63,717 bases of DNA, filler included, from Phoronis australis (GCA_002633005.1; 8 parts of 8 records of this genome joined end to end with filler, not necessarily neighbours in it), one strand, 5' to 3'; positions 23,130-37,467 are shown, counted from the whole stretch's first letter. Notes: generated from the sequence alone by a model not told the origin. Numbers and translations are program-made.

Positions 23130-25075
23130 ATTTGTTCTGGCTATTAAAAAAATCTTCACAAAATATGAGGCCTGCATTGTACAGCTCTTGTTAAAATAAT
23201 GATTTACCGTTAACAGTTAAGTTACAATAGTTCCATATCACTGTTTGGCTATTGGTACTTCATTAAAAATTTTAGGATTAAGAATACCCAAGATTGTGAG
23301 AACAATTTGTAAAAAGGTTCTTAATTTCGCATTTTAGGGTTTTCAGTTGAAAATTGGATGAAAAAATGAGCACACCGTCAAGTTGCCTAATAAGATGCCT
23401 CGGGTATATCTTCCAACTTGCCTCATCCTCTGTATAAAAACGCTGGACCCAATTAAATAATATGTTTAACTTGATCAGTTCCATGTTAGGATATTTCAAA
23501 CCACCCTCTTGATATGGCGAGATAGTCAGTTTCTTTTATTTTTGGTGGTTTATTTAACCAAATAAATTGTCTGACAAGTTTATTAACTTCACAAATATTT
23601 TTTTGGTGATAGCCACAGCTGACACCACATGAATGAGTTTAGAAAAACCAAGTTTTCGTAAGGAAGATTCTGCCTTTTATGGACAAATTTTGTATTTTCC
23701 AAAAATTAAACAGGTCTTTAAGCTTTTGGATTTTATCATCAAAATTGAGTTTTTCAGCGTCATCCCCTTTTCCACAAAAGAATATTCCTAGACTTTTAAT
23801 GGTTTACGATTTCGGTGCGTTGTTGAGGCAAACATACCTTGGTATTTTTCATAATTCAAGTGGAGTTCAGATAATGTTCCAAAACAATCTAAAAATCTAA
23901 AACAGTTATTGCCAGATTCTACATCTTTAATGAAAAGACCTGTATCGTCGGCATACTGTGCAATTTTGATTTCGTGATTGGCTATTGTGAAGCCTCTAAT
24001 TACTTCATTGCTTCTGATATGATGTGACACAATTTCCGCACACATGACGAACAGCGGACTTGATAGTGGGTCTTCTTGTCGGAGGCCTTTCACTATGTCA
24101 AAATACTGTTATGAAGATGTAAATCCGTAGTTCAACACAGATGACGGAATTCCAGAATACAATGTACAGATTCTATTGATAAAAACGTCACCAAAATTAA
24201 AAGCTTTCAAGGACTAAAATAAAAACTCCCACTTTACAGTATCGTACATTTTCTTGAAATCGAGGAATACAATGTGACCGTCGGTGTACTTTTCCTCATA
24301 AAATTCAATCTTATCGTCAATTATACGTATATGTATATTCTGGCCTATATAACGTTTTGGCAAGGATGTTTGACCTGGATGAATTAAATTGTCAACATAT
24401 TTGTATATTTTGTTTTCAATTGTTAGTCACAGTTCAAAAGAGAGACAGGTCTCCAATTGTCTAAAGATAGTAATTCCTCGGACTGTTTACTTTTCGGGAT
24501 TAGCGTGATTACGCCTTGCTTTTGAGAGTAGGACATGTGACCGTTTCCAAAGCTGTATTTGACGCTCTCCAAAAAATCGTCTTTAATTACCTTCAAAGGT
24601 TTTATAAAATTCATAGCTAATGCCATCATTACCAGGCGTCTTGTTAGATTTTATCTCTAACAGAGATTCATATAATTCTTCTTCTGTTAGATTTTTTCTA
24701 AATCGTAAGAATCTGCAGCTTTTTATGTATTGGAAAATTAAAAGGTCAATTAGATATGTTCTTTCTCCGTTGCATTCTTCAATATCGGGGTAAAGTTTTT
24801 TGTAATAGTTCAATTGCATATTCCGTATGCTTGCTGCATCATGTATAATTTTAGCACCATCTTTAAGGCCATTTATATGTTTTTGCTTGCCGTGGCGCAA
24901 CTCTAGGTTTATGAAATATTTTCCATTCGTGCCTTGTTCTGCCCACAGTGCTTTACTACGCAGAATCGAGCCCTTAATTTTTTGGGTCTGGATAATGTGC
25001 AAATCAATTTTGGCTTTTTGTAAATCTTTTTTTAATTCCTCTGAAGGGTCGCTTTCCACCTTGGCAGTCACAGTT
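23130..25075 (-). pseudogene. Degraded L1/Tx1-clade LINE ORF2 (reverse transcriptase)
   Basis: Motifs GSILRSKALWAEQG..KYFINLE, KTPGNDGISYEFYK, GVITLIPK..NWRPVSLLNCD, GLRQEDPLS, QYADD and GGLKYPN are spread over several frames with stops. Confidence 0.9.
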
Positions 25076-26789
25076 TTTTTCTATTAAAACAATTTTTGTC
25101 AGAGCGGGTATTTTTTGCAACCTCTTTTGCAATAAACCCCCTTATAACTTAACATTTTTAAGGAAGGAAACTGTCTATGACCAATGTTCCTCAAACCGTG
25201 ATATTTTAATTTCATGGCGTTTGTAAACATGGCGGTGTGCACACATGGTAACATAATGTTGAATGGCCATTTATTTTTATTTGATGACAATAAGCACCAT
25301 TTTGTTATTTAAAAAGCAATATTTACATTTGCAATGACCATTTGTGTTACTGAATTCCACATGGGGGTACGTGCACTACATTTTGTTAGCCTTTTTGGCC
25401 CATTTTCAACGTAGCCCAGTCAATATCCAAACTTTTGATTTGTTGATATTAAATAATTTGCTGTGTTGCCTAGGCCAACATATTCAGCAGTATGTTTTAT
25501 CACTGAGTGTGAACGTTAGTTTTTAACCTTCTTTATAATAGATGAGGGTTAGAAACACAGAATTTACAAATTTCATGAAGAGTGCCTGTTTTACGATGAA
25601 CCATATCATTTCCCAATGATTAAGCATAACATCATCTAAGTGACTCTTAAAGTGACTCAATTTATTCCCAGTAAGTGCTTACTTGATCAAATATTTTTTT
25701 TCTACTGTTAACAGTTGAAACTTGTAATTCTTAAAATGGCCACTCGTTGTGCATGAAGTTCATAGACAAAAACATGCATAAACTCCTCAAACATTGTGCG
25801 AATTTGATGATTCTTTTTTTAATTTGCACAACTAAATAACTCGTTGCATATGAGATTCAGTTGGCATTTGGTAAATGGCCAAAAAAATTTTAGACTGTTA
25901 CACAGTCAAGTCTTGAACATGGACCTTGATTGTGATTTAGCTGACTGTCACTGACTCAACTTTCACGTCGGCAACTAGCCTTGTGCTCTAGCTCAGTCTT
26001 TCAATGGCTCCCGTGAAGAACAATATCGCCGTATCTGCATATTACCTGAAATTTGTGAGTATTTAACGCCGCATAATCTAAACGTTTTATCGGTGACCTA
26101 AAAGAACAATTTTACCCTGTAAAAATGCAGAATTTTTTGTCTCAATGATGAATGCGAGCTGGATTTTGAAAATACATCAAGACCTCGGTTTCCTTGTTTT
26201 CTGCAGGTGTATCTGCACGTAACTTGGTTATGACATTACAGAATAGTTATCCATATAGTACCATCATGGGTTATTGTGTACAATCTGACTCTATAAAAGT
26301 GCATACTTGATACTTGAATATTTTCTGAATCCTCTAGTCACGGTGATTCTAAAAAATACTGATTGGCCGCTTCTTGTTCATAATTTCCGGGTTTTTCCAA
26401 GTCCTTCATTTGTTTATGTGCGTCACATGATTTAATTGTCATGTTGTATTACATTTGCCATTTCATGCAGCACAGTTTATGAATCACACCAATGATGTCA
26501 CAGTTCCTGCACCAACAAATGAGTTACTGTATTTGCCCTAATAACCGCCCATGCCCTCATACAGAACAGCCACTGAATTATTAGACTCCGTCCGGTCTGC
26601 CTGATGCCTGGCCAGACCGGAGTTTAACTGGAACGCAGGCGTGAGAGAAATCTGTCAAGGCCTCCTCACGCCTACTCTCCAGGTAGCTCTCACGTTTACC
26701 TCCGCTTTGCTTAACGCTTTCCTCACGCTTTTCACACGCTTCCGTCACGTTTAGCTCACGCCATCGATACCTGCGGTAGCATACAGTAC

Positions 26790-27818
26790 CGTGATGGTGT
26801 GCTGGGCTAATTAAAATATCATCTAGATCTGTGTGTACAGGTGACGTTGTTTGTGTAGCTTTCGAGTAATCGGTTGTTTTTGGCACCTTACTCTACTGAG
26901 CTCCGTCAAACTCCGCAATTTCTCATAAGAACGAACTCCTTTAACACGTCTGCGTTACATTTATGTTGTCCAAGTTATTACTGCAAATCATGGCCCATCA
27001 AGGACTTAACCGTGATTATTAAAGACTGAGTCCACCTTAGTGACCTAAAGACAAACAAACGCAACACTCTACACTCATTTTCACAGTTTACACGGCTGCA
27101 AACGTCACGAAGTTCACTACTGCCGGATATACTTATTTCGCCCTAGGAATATCCCACCCATCTCGACTCGCGTAGTCATGTATTGTCACTCCGTGGAACC
27201 GCACTCGTGGAACAGAAAATTTCAATTAACTTGGATCACGACATGTGGCAGTCCCCATCCCCAACTGAGTGTGCATAATACTGTAACTCATACTTTCCTC
27301 ACACCTACGGTAACTATGGCAACATATAACCGTTATTGTGTGCCGGGCTAATAAAAATAACATCTAGATATGTGTGTACAGTAATACGTTGTTTTGGCAT
27401 CTTATACAATGAGTTCCGACAAGCTCCATAATTTCTTGTATTTGTCACTCAAACGGATTCCTTTAACTCTTCGGGTGTTGTATTTATGTAGTCCAGTTTA
27501 TTACTCCAAATCATGTCCCATCAACGAATTTAACCTTGGTGAGTAAAGACTTAGACCATTTAGTGGCCTGGAGATAAGACGAACAAATGCGACCCTCAAT
27601 ACTTGCATTCACAGTAATGTTTACATGGCTGGGGGGCTAAATGAAACTCATCACAGCTGGATATACTATAGGCTCTAAAAATAGCCTACGCATCTTGACT
27701 CCATTGTCATGTATTTTCACTCAGTGGAGTCGTGCACCGCACTCGTGGAACAGAAAATGCTCGCTTCTGCGGCTGACGGCATGTACCACTCCATCCCTTA
27801 CTGAGAGCGCATAGTATG
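26790..27818 (+). repeat. Old, diverged tandem duplication with ~540-bp period
   Basis: Paired anchors: gggctaat/catctagat at ~26804 and 27345; accgcactcgtggaacagaaaat at ~27198 and 27737. Confidence 0.8.
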
Positions 27819-28419
27819 TTAAGTCCCCAACCCCTTGTAGGGGTTTATTTAATTTGTTGCCCCATATGTTTATTTTTGTGTGCCCACGTAGTCCAGGGGG
27901 AATTCTTTACTAAAATAATAATAGCAGTAACCGAAAAACTAGTTTAACTCACAAGAACAAAATTCTATGAGAATATGCACATCACTCTAAGTTACCTGCA
28001 AAACTAGAGTCGGTCAAAATAAGACTTTTTAACAAAAATACAACATGAAAAATGTGAAAATAAATTGGAATACATCAATGGCAACTTAAAACACACTAAC
28101 ATTAACTTTTGCTGTAACGAAAATAGCACCTTGTATCCCGTTTCGGCGGCACGTGGAAAATCGGCGGACTTGGCTCGGCTCTAGCACTACCAGCCAACTT
28201 GGCAACTGCCCCAACGGGCTTGCACGTGGGATCGAACAAAAGACTTTCCTACATCACTCACATCCCACGTACGATTCCAATCCAACGAATTAACGGTTAC
28301 AGTCCAATTTCCTTTCAGAAAGCGTTTTTCTTTGGTTTCATCGATTTCAGGTAGGTCTACCCAATTTGGCCACGCACGCCGTAATTGTCCCTCTGTCAAC
28401 ATTTACACAGCGTAAACCC

Positions 28420-28946
28420 ACATGCTATGAACATTCCCACTAAATAAGATTGGTTCTAACCCCAGTGGTTAAGGTAAACGGTGGGGTATGGAAAATTGAA
28501 GTAGACCGTATTTATCCACCTTGGCTGAGTCGCGCTCGGCTCACGATCAAAGGGAAGCCGAAAAGCTGCTCTAGTCATCGAGTCACGAGCGAGGATAATT
28601 GGCTTCGCTCATGCGGATATGATCAGCTGATTACAATCTAGCTAGCTGACTGTACTTTTTATGGAGAGAGTTTTACGTAGTTTTTACTGTAATATTTGAA
28701 AAGAGGTGCGAAAACAAATATGAGTACAACTTTGAATTTTTCAAATCGGCCCAGGATAAGAGATTTTGCAACACAGCAACACTCACGATTACTTTCATTC
28801 GGCGCGCACTAATACAAAAATATAGGACCCAAGTTATTTAGATTTTGGAACACATGCATTGCAATATTCAAAATACGTTTATTATGAATCTTACAAGCTG
28901 TAAAACGACGTTGTTAATTTCATTTTGTTCATTCATTGTCATCCGT
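28420..28946. repeat. Right arm of the inverted repeat pair, ending at the spacer
   Basis: Reverse complement of 22345-22875. Confidence 0.9.
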
Positions 28947-29046
28947 NNNNNNNNNNNNNNNNNNNNNNNNNNNNNNNNNNNNNNNNNNNNTTAATTAATT
29001 AANNNNNNNNNNNNNNNNNNNNNNNNNNNNNNNNNNNNNNNNNNNN
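28947..29046. other. Artificial 100-nt spacer; identical spacers at 34526-34625, 37723-37822, 41880-41979, 45832-45931, 55428-55527 and 60627-60726
   Basis: 44 N + TTAATTAATTAA (stops in all six frames) + 44 N, seven times. Confidence 0.97.
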
Positions 29047-32000
29047 AGGGTGCATTGATGAAGCAGGATTTGTGAGTATACACCCAGACAGCTTGTTTGC
29101 TATTGCCCTTTGGCAAAGATGGCCAATCCTTTTTGAAAAGTAGAGGGGGGTGTGGCGAGGAGAAATGTCAATTAATGAAATTTGTTAGTAACTCAAGGTG
29201 TTCAAAATGTCGAACACATGAGAATAATCAAAAGATGCAATTATTTTCATTAAAAACTTCAACTTTCATTGCCACAGGCCTTTGACAATATTTTGCTGGA
29301 GTTTAGCATGCAACTATACCAAAGTGAACCAAACCAAATTTTAGAATACCTGCATACATAAAAACAGTAGGACCCTTATTATTTTTATGAATGAAAGGAA
29401 CTACTTTCATGGCCAACTGTGTGTAGACACGCCTCCATATCAGCTGATTTCACAAACCCACTGATGACAGAGACAACCTAACTTTATGGGTCACTAGTTT
29501 GAAGACCTAATTTATGTGATAATGAATTAGCACACATTGGTAGTAAAGTGCTCTGATAAATGGCCAATTTAGGTCACAACCATGTTAAGCATAGGTACCT
29601 TGAAAATGGGACAAAAGACAATAAAAAAACAAGAGAATTATAAAGGTGAATTCCCAAAGCCTACTTTTATCCATTTGCCTGCATTGTATTAATATGAATT
29701 TCTACAACGGACCTGTAAAATCCCAGGAGCATACCAAGAGTAAGTAAGACAAGGTTCATCCACATTTCAGAAAGGCAAAATGGCAATTAACTAGAAGTGT
29801 TAGACAAATGCATAGCATTATTGTAAATTGTAACATTTGGGCCAAAGGTAATCTATGAACAAAATAATTAAAAATTCAAATCCAAAATTACGAAGTACCA
29901 TCTCCTACAAAACAAATGCCCATAGGTAATAAGAACTATGTTTCATTATCGATGTCACTTCTCTTTAAAAGCCCGTTTGATCAGATTTTTAGCATAAATT
30001 AAATGAGCAGCATCAATTCATTTGTACATTAAGATTTCAAAAGGTAGGAATCAGTTTGGTTACATCGATTCGAAACCAACTCTACAAGCGGGTTGAGGTT
30101 GAATTGATTTAACCTAAACCACTGATATTTTAAACACGCCTCCCTTGAACCTAAAACCATTTTTAAATCGGTATAAGATAATGTCAGTCATCAAATAATT
30201 TCATCATGTTTTCTTAAAGGCCGGAGTCCATGGGTAACGGAGTTTTCATTAATTTATGTCTTCTCTTTTAATTTTTTCACATTTTTATTCACATCAGAGT
30301 AACAAGACAATGCAATCAACAGCTGATTTTGAAAGGCTTATTCGACACTTTCATCGTGTTCCAACTGCCCAGGATCTAGAAGAGCACCACCTCTACACAA
30401 GACCTCATAGTGACCAGAAATAACACATTTCCAAAAACATAGGCGGTATCAGTCCTGTTGAAACAAATGAGAATCGTAGATAAGAATTACAAATTTGTGT
30501 TGTTTTTGCCAAAAATTCCATTAGCAGGCGATTACCAACAGCCAGGGTTGATTTCCTTTAATCATTTGAATGAACAGATTATCAGATTATCTGTAAAGCC
30601 ATGATAATGAAGGAATTACAAACTGCTTATCTCCTACACATATCAAGACTAAAGATCATCACCAAGACCACAGTTGAATCAGATAAAACAGCTTGACAAA
30701 ATTTCTCAGAAAAAAACAGTTTCGTTTTCAGATTCAACTAAAGATGCTACATCAAGTATCCATTTCTTGGAAATACAGGACCCAAACGGCAACGGTTAAG
30801 TAAACATCAGAAACAAAAGCAATTACAATCCTCCCCCTTGAAAGGCCCCACAGATAGGACAAAACACACTCTCCGTACACAAACCTTGGGCTTGTTTTCC
30901 AAACAAAGATAACCAAACGATCAATTTGTACAACTCATAAAATAATGAGGCAAAGTCTTCAATTATGGATGAATGAAATTGCCCAAATTTCTTTTTTTTT
31001 TTACTTAATGCAACCAGGCTTTCTTTTTTTTAACTTAATGCAACCAGGCTTAGAATTTTAATTTAGTTTAGGGGAAATAGAAGCATGTGGTCAGATGCTA
31101 GAAACATAAGAACCTGGCCTTTTCAAATATACATTCTGAGACTTATTAAAATACATTGGTATCAACAACTGATATGTTTAATACTTGCCACAACATCAGT
31201 TATACCATTCAATCAACTCTAGCTCAACCACAACAAAGCCCTTGAACTTCTCAAAGAGTTACCCTCATTTACTTAGTGCAACCTCAAATTCATTTGTCTG
31301 CCAGCCTATGGGAGTTTAATTGGTTTACTTGAACATGGTAATTCACGAAGAAACTGACATCGCAATTGAAAAGAAGCATATTGATTATGCAAACGAAGGT
31401 CGTCAAAAACACAGCGGGCATACATAACTGGTCACATTTTCAAACACAAAACTGATGCCAAAAATATCATTTCAGTCCAAACTCACACTTGATTTTAAGG
31501 AAATTACACAAGTACACTAACTCTAGGACACAATGAAAATCGTCAGGACAACAATTTGAAATTATATTTAAAACCAGGAATTCAGGCTCGAAAAACGGTT
31601 TCCAAAATAATCCCAAAGGGCGTAGGTCTAATAATAAGTGGACACACGGTGTAACGTCAAATAACTATAAATAAATATTGCGTCTTTTTCAGATAAAAGT
31701 TGGTTATCTTGAATGCCACTATGGAAAATTGTATTTATAAGTGGACAATTACAATTGTTTGAACAATTGTAATGCACCATCCAAAACACAACACTCAATT
31801 TAACATCTTGGACGATTGTGCCATTTCAACACAGTAAGCCCTTGCTTTTCCCAAGTTGAAAATTGCTCAAAAGCCAAGTCGACTGGGTTTGATATTGGGT
31901 CGAATTATGTCGACTAGTACAACTTTCCACATTGAAATTGCAAAACCCAGGTTACAATTTTCGACTCAGCAGCCACTGTTTTGAACTGCGACAATAATTT

Positions 32001-32910
32001 AAATTTGGATTTTTCAATATAGGCGTACAATTTCACACTGCAAAAAGACATCACGAATTTTGATTTTGTGTAAAGTTTACTGAGGTGACAACAGAGAAGA
32101 CATGTTATGCCACCCTGCAATAACTTCGATGAAAGCGCGACCTAGCGGTGACCTAGCGGTGACTTCAATGTCTGTTAACTATGGAAGCTAATGAAAAAGC
32201 TTAAGTTAACTGCAGTCTACGTCTTCGCTTTGTTAGCACCGGATATAACTTGTAGGAAAAAGGTCATTAGACAGCTACACAGAGGTAATGTCATTCTTAT
32301 TCCAGTTCTAAAATGTTTTAAGCTGATTATAACAAAACAATCTGATTTGTAATCGGATGATGCGCAGGGATCAGATATCATCAGCTATGACACAAGGCAT
32401 GACAAGAGTGCCAAGTAAATGATCATAAATTGCCAGTAAACTGGGGTGATTAGGAGCCATGCATTAAACAGCATGCAGACACACATTATCAGCTCAACAC
32501 TAATACTTCTCTTATTGTGTCTGATTACTAATCAGCCATGGTCACAACACAGACAGAGTGTGTAAAATCAATACAGTACAAAAGCTAAACAGATGGCTTA
32601 CCCCACATGACTTGATCAGCTTGCTTTCTTGGCCAGAACATCAACAGTAAATGTGTGTATTAGTCCTTCTCACCAGCAGTGATTACACTGTGCATCAAGG
32701 GACCACTACACAGAGTAATTAAGAAAGACCCCAACAAAGACATAATTTTATTTCCATGCTCCAAGAATATCAAAATGGCATATTCATAGTGACAGCACAA
32801 TAAGTACTAAAGCTTACAGTAAAACAGCAGATTTTATAAATCAATATTTGCGTAATCTAAACACAATCAAATCATTTCTAACCAACCTCTTTACAATGCA
32901 TTAAAACAAT

Positions 32911-33377
32911 NNNNNNNNNNNNNNNNNNNNNNNNNNNNNNNNNNNNNNNNNNNNNNNNNNNNNNNNNNNNNNNNNNNNNNNNNNNNNNNNNNNNNNNNNN
33001 NNNNNNNNNNNNNNNNNNNNNNNNNNNNNNNNNNNNNNNNNNNNNNNNNNNNNNNNNNNNNNNNNNNNNNNNNNNNNNNNNNNNNNNNNNNNNNNNNNNN
33101 NNNNNNNNNNNNNNNNNNNNNNNNNNNNNNNNNNNNNNNNNNNNNNNNNNNNNNNNNNNNNNNNNNNNNNNNNNNNNNNNNNNNNNNNNNNNNNNNNNNN
33201 NNNNNNNNNNNNNNNNNNNNNNNNNNNNNNNNNNNNNNNNNNNNNNNNNNNNNNNNNNNNNNNNNNNNNNNNNNNNNNNNNNNNNNNNNNNNNNNNNNNN
33301 NNNNNNNNNNNNNNNNNNNNNNNNNNNNNNNNNNNNNNNNNNNNNNNNNNNNNNNNNNNNNNNNNNNNNNNNNNNNN
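32911..33377. other. Sized assembly gap (N run)
   Basis: Pure N run without the linker. Confidence 0.98.
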
Positions 33378-35720
33378 GAAACATGCAAATGTGCAAGCAG
33401 GACAACCACACACAGAATTTGCCAGAAGACCATAACTCAAGACACTGACAATAAGCACAGGGTTGGAACATAGATAAAGGATTTTTCTTTTGATATCTGT
33501 CACTTAAGTCATTAGCACAAGAATCAAGAAACATTGCATATCAGAAAGTGTTACAAGATGTTGAAGCCATAAATCTCCTTATCAGGTCAAAGATATTGTG
33601 CAGACAAAGACTGGCAATGATATACACCCAGCATATGACAGTTCACATGAGATATGGTGACTTAGCACTGATGGACACCACCAGGCACACCACTGCCAAT
33701 GAGACAACAAAGAAATAGTTGGCATGTTATGCACACTTGGGACAAGCCATACACCTGATTTCAGGAACATGACACCTACTGAAGTACAGCAACCATAGGT
33801 CTCGGTAAAAAATGAACAAACTGACTAGGCACTACGAACAACCGGCAGATGCTGTTCAAATTGGAATACTGGACAAATAAATGAAAATGGTCTTCATAGA
33901 ACACAGTATTGTGGTTTTCACTGGAACTACTCATACCTTATATGGCACAATTAGTTAGAACAGTTTATTATATAACTACTGGCAAACAGTTCTATGAAAT
34001 GTGATTCATATACATCTGATCTTGTGAGTTGACAAAAACATGTTGATAAAATAGATTAACAGCCTGTAACAAAGCACTGTTTGAGTGAAGATCTATTCCA
34101 GACTCCTCACCTACATACATATGTCATACCAATTATACAACTTTGGTACAGGACTGAACACTGCTATACCACAATGTTCTCCTTGGAAGAATGATAAATA
34201 CTATTAAGCTTGAATAATCCTCATTGAGTAATATTAATTGCTCACAGGTTTGTAGTGTCATATTCAAGCTTGGCCAGTACCATCTGTATTCAAGCCTTAT
34301 TCAAGTTTCCACAAAACGGATACAAACGATATTATTTTTGCACACTGAGGTGTACAGCATGAGTCAGTTCAGACTCTCACAGTTCATGTGTGGTATGTGT
34401 TGATTTTCAACACCAGTTAACAACACACAACTACCATACTCATCCGGGATAACGCCAAAGGCACTGAATTGTTCAACTTAAAAATCAAGAGTGGCATGTT
34501 AAGCTAAGCATTGGCGTTGAAAAACNNNNNNNNNNNNNNNNNNNNNNNNNNNNNNNNNNNNNNNNNNNNTTAATTAATTAANNNNNNNNNNNNNNNNNNN
34601 NNNNNNNNNNNNNNNNNNNNNNNNNCAGCTTGGCTTTAAAGTGGCCATGTGGCATGAATTATGTAAATATTCCAATGAGTCTGGCCAAAACACATATCAA
34701 GTTCAGCTTTTGACCTTTGAGGTCAAAGTTCACTTTATGTGTCTGTATGAAAACCGCAAAGGTAACCATGCTTGTTGCGAATATTCACGTAATCCTGACC
34801 AGATGGCACCTTTAAAAAAACAGTTAATGTTGTGGCTTTTAATCTGTAGGAGGCAGGTAATGTCTATGACCTTTTCTATACTCGTCACGCCTTGCACAGA
34901 AAGGTGTATCAACATAATATCAAACTTGTGATCGAATACATGTGAGTATTTCTGACTCCTTGTTTGCCTTCGTCCCCATGGTGGTGTTGGTATCAACGTA
35001 AATATTTGTCCTGCACAAGTTAGTTTATAGGCACTCACTCCTTGCTATGCTATTTCGTGTCCATCGTTTGAGCACCGAATGATCTTTTTTCTTGCATTGT
35101 GTAAAGTAATTAACTCTAAAACAACAGTAGATGATTAAGAAACTTTTGTACAGTAATGCTTTCAAACTGTAGGAAGTTTCATAGTTTTACATCTCTGATG
35201 AATGACTGCTCATTAAAATTGGGCATTGTTTGATGCGTATTTTTCCAAGGTCACATGCAGAGTTCCATTATTAAATAAAAATCCTTCATTATCTACATAA
35301 TGTTGCAAGTCAACAGTGTCAGTCATGCTGTCTTTTACATTTTCATGCGCCCACATATTTATATGTGCGCTCATGCCGTCATCTCCGTGCGTACGTCTGG
35401 TGTTCACCCAGTGTCCAGCGTCCATTGCTGTATCTCCAAAACCCCTAGATGCATGTTCAAAGCCGGAACTCGATCACTGGACCTTCTGCTAATCATAGGG
35501 CGCTGACCAGACTTAAAAATATTTGCGATATACATTTCCACGTTGGTTTAAAAATTACATGTTTATATATTCAAGTTTTATTTTCTACAAAATAGTTTCT
35601 TTGTTTTATGCCATAGCTTGCCACGAAATGGGAAACTCTTGTGGATGCATGTTTCAATTTAATGATCGATCACACTATGTCCTAATTGAAGAGATCAGAA
35701 GTTATTCCATTTTGTTGCAG

Positions 35721-35777
35721 GATTTCAGAAGCCTTTGTGAAAGCCAATGACCACTTCATGGTTTCTGGAAAAAATGG
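35721..35777 (+). CDS. SAMHD1: SAMHD1-like dNTP triphosphohydrolase, internal exon
   Basis: ttgcag|G ATT TCA GAA...AAT GG|gtaact encodes ISEAFVKANDHFMVSGKNG (cf. human ITDAFLKADDYIEITGAGG). Phase 2 matches the next exon. Confidence 0.85.
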
Positions 35778-36416
35778 GTAACTCTATCTCATCATCACAT
35801 ACATTTGAAGCTTTTAGTATTTGCTATCTATCTGTAGTGTTCATTTATGACTGTTGAAAAATTTGAACAATTACCAAAACTCTCTTTATAACCATGGCTC
35901 TATACTTGTCTGTCTACTTTCAACACGATTCCCAATCGTGGAAAACTGGAACATTGCAAAAATGGTTTTTATGTATGTAAAACTAACTCATGGAAAATGG
36001 TTAAAATGGTCAGGAATATCTCATAAGATAAAAAAGTTGTCTGAATTGCATCGAATGAACGAAGGCCACATACTGATAGGCACAAAACACTTGATTTGAA
36101 ATCCATCATATCCTTGTATCACATTCCAGTTGGTTATCTCTCCAGCCACCTTCGTAAGTCTACTACATAAGTGTACCCTGTGCAATAAAACCACTGTGAA
36201 CACTTGTAAGTGGCTGGAGAAATAACCAACTGAAATGCTCTGACAATGTAAATAGGCTAGAGGCTGGTGTAAATAGACCAACACATTTTAGAATTACATA
36301 CTATTGTAGTGTTCCGGTTATTCAGTCAAACATGGACTTTGAATTGTATGCACTAAAATGTCCCAGTTCACCATCATGGTCCTGTCCTTGGTAAATAAGT
36401 ATCCTGTGCCTGAATA

Positions 36417-37127
36417 CAGTAAAAATTCTCCAATTTGGGACAGTGAAAAATAAATTATTTTACTCAAGGTCAGTGCTTGTCCCAAAATCTAGTATTGCCA
36501 AATTCAAGAATCACGGGAAAGATTGCAAAATTACCCACTCAATAGGTTGAAGACATATCCGAAATTTGAAATATATGGTGAATGCCGAAATCACCCTTTT
36601 ATTACATTCCAGAATCAAAAAAAATAATTTCCCAGGGGTTTCCGTGTCCCAAATTCTAGAGACTGAAACATCTTATTATTTAAAATGACTTATTCTTGTT
36701 AAAATGACTTAGGCAAAAAATTGAATTTCAGGCCTCAAAAGCGAGGCTTCCTATATTCATATAGGGGACCTCGCCGAAAGGGGGTCGAAGAGCGGGACGC
36801 CTATATTAATATAGGTGGGGCCCCGCCGAAAGGCGGCCGGAGAGCGGGGCCCTCTATATTAATATAGGCAGCCCCGCCGAATGGTGGCCTATGAACGGGG
36901 CCTGCTATATTAATATAGAGGGCCTCGCTCTCCGGCAGCCTTTCGGCGGGGCTGCCTATATTAATATAGGACCACGCTTTTTGACCCCTTTCGGCGAGGC
37001 TCCTATATTAATATAGGGGGCCTCGCTTTTGAGGCCTGAAATTCAATTTTTTGCGTATGTCATTTTAATAAGAATAAGTCATTTTAAATAATGAGCTGTT
37101 CTGACCTAAATTGGAGAATTTTTACCA
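36417..37127. mobile_element. TA-flanked pogo/Tc1-like MITE in the SAMHD1 intron
   Basis: TIRs ta|cagtaaaaattctccaatttgggacag and ctgacctaaattggagaatttttacca|ta. Confidence 0.75.
36672..37095. repeat. ~425-bp foldback palindrome with an internal ~50-bp array
   Basis: Arms cttattatttaaaatgacttattctt...aaattgaatttcaggcctcaaaagcgagg and its reverse complement; six (c)ctatattaatatag(g)-type units. Confidence 0.9.
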
Positions 37128-37189
37128 TACTAGGTTGTCAGTCAGTGAAACCTTCCCACTTCAACTGTGATTGTGTTCTTTCAAACTAG

Positions 37190-37382
37190 ACCAGTGAAGT
37201 TGTCTGAGACAATCTACGACATGACTGCCTTTTGCAAGTTAACAGATCATGTTTTCCATCAAATTCTCTTCTCTACGGATTCAAATCTGGAAGAATCTCG
37301 TGCGATTCTGCAACGAATTGAAAAGAGAGATTTGTACAAGTGTGTGGGACAGACACAGCCGGACAACACAACGATTTCTAAG
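37190..37382 (+). CDS. SAMHD1: SAMHD1-like dNTP triphosphohydrolase, internal exon
   Basis: actag|A CCA GTG...TCT AAG|gtaggg encodes PVKLSETIYDMTAFCKLTDHVFHQILFSTDSNLEESRAILQRIEKRDLYKCVGQTQP (cf. human [54 protein letters not shown]). Confidence 0.92.
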
Positions 37383-37467
37383 GTAGGGTGTACAGTGTCA
37401 GTCAAAAAGGAGGTGCTTGGATCTAGATACTAGAAGTTAACTTTGTTAACATATTCTTTCTCATAAG

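Noticed and set aside
28991-29002. Recurrent TTAATTAATTAA palindrome as a biological motif
   Set aside because: It is always centred in a 100-nt N spacer and is an artificial six-frame-stop linker.
32878-33534. Long ORFs of 180-218 aa
   Set aside because: They consist mostly of X residues from the N gap.
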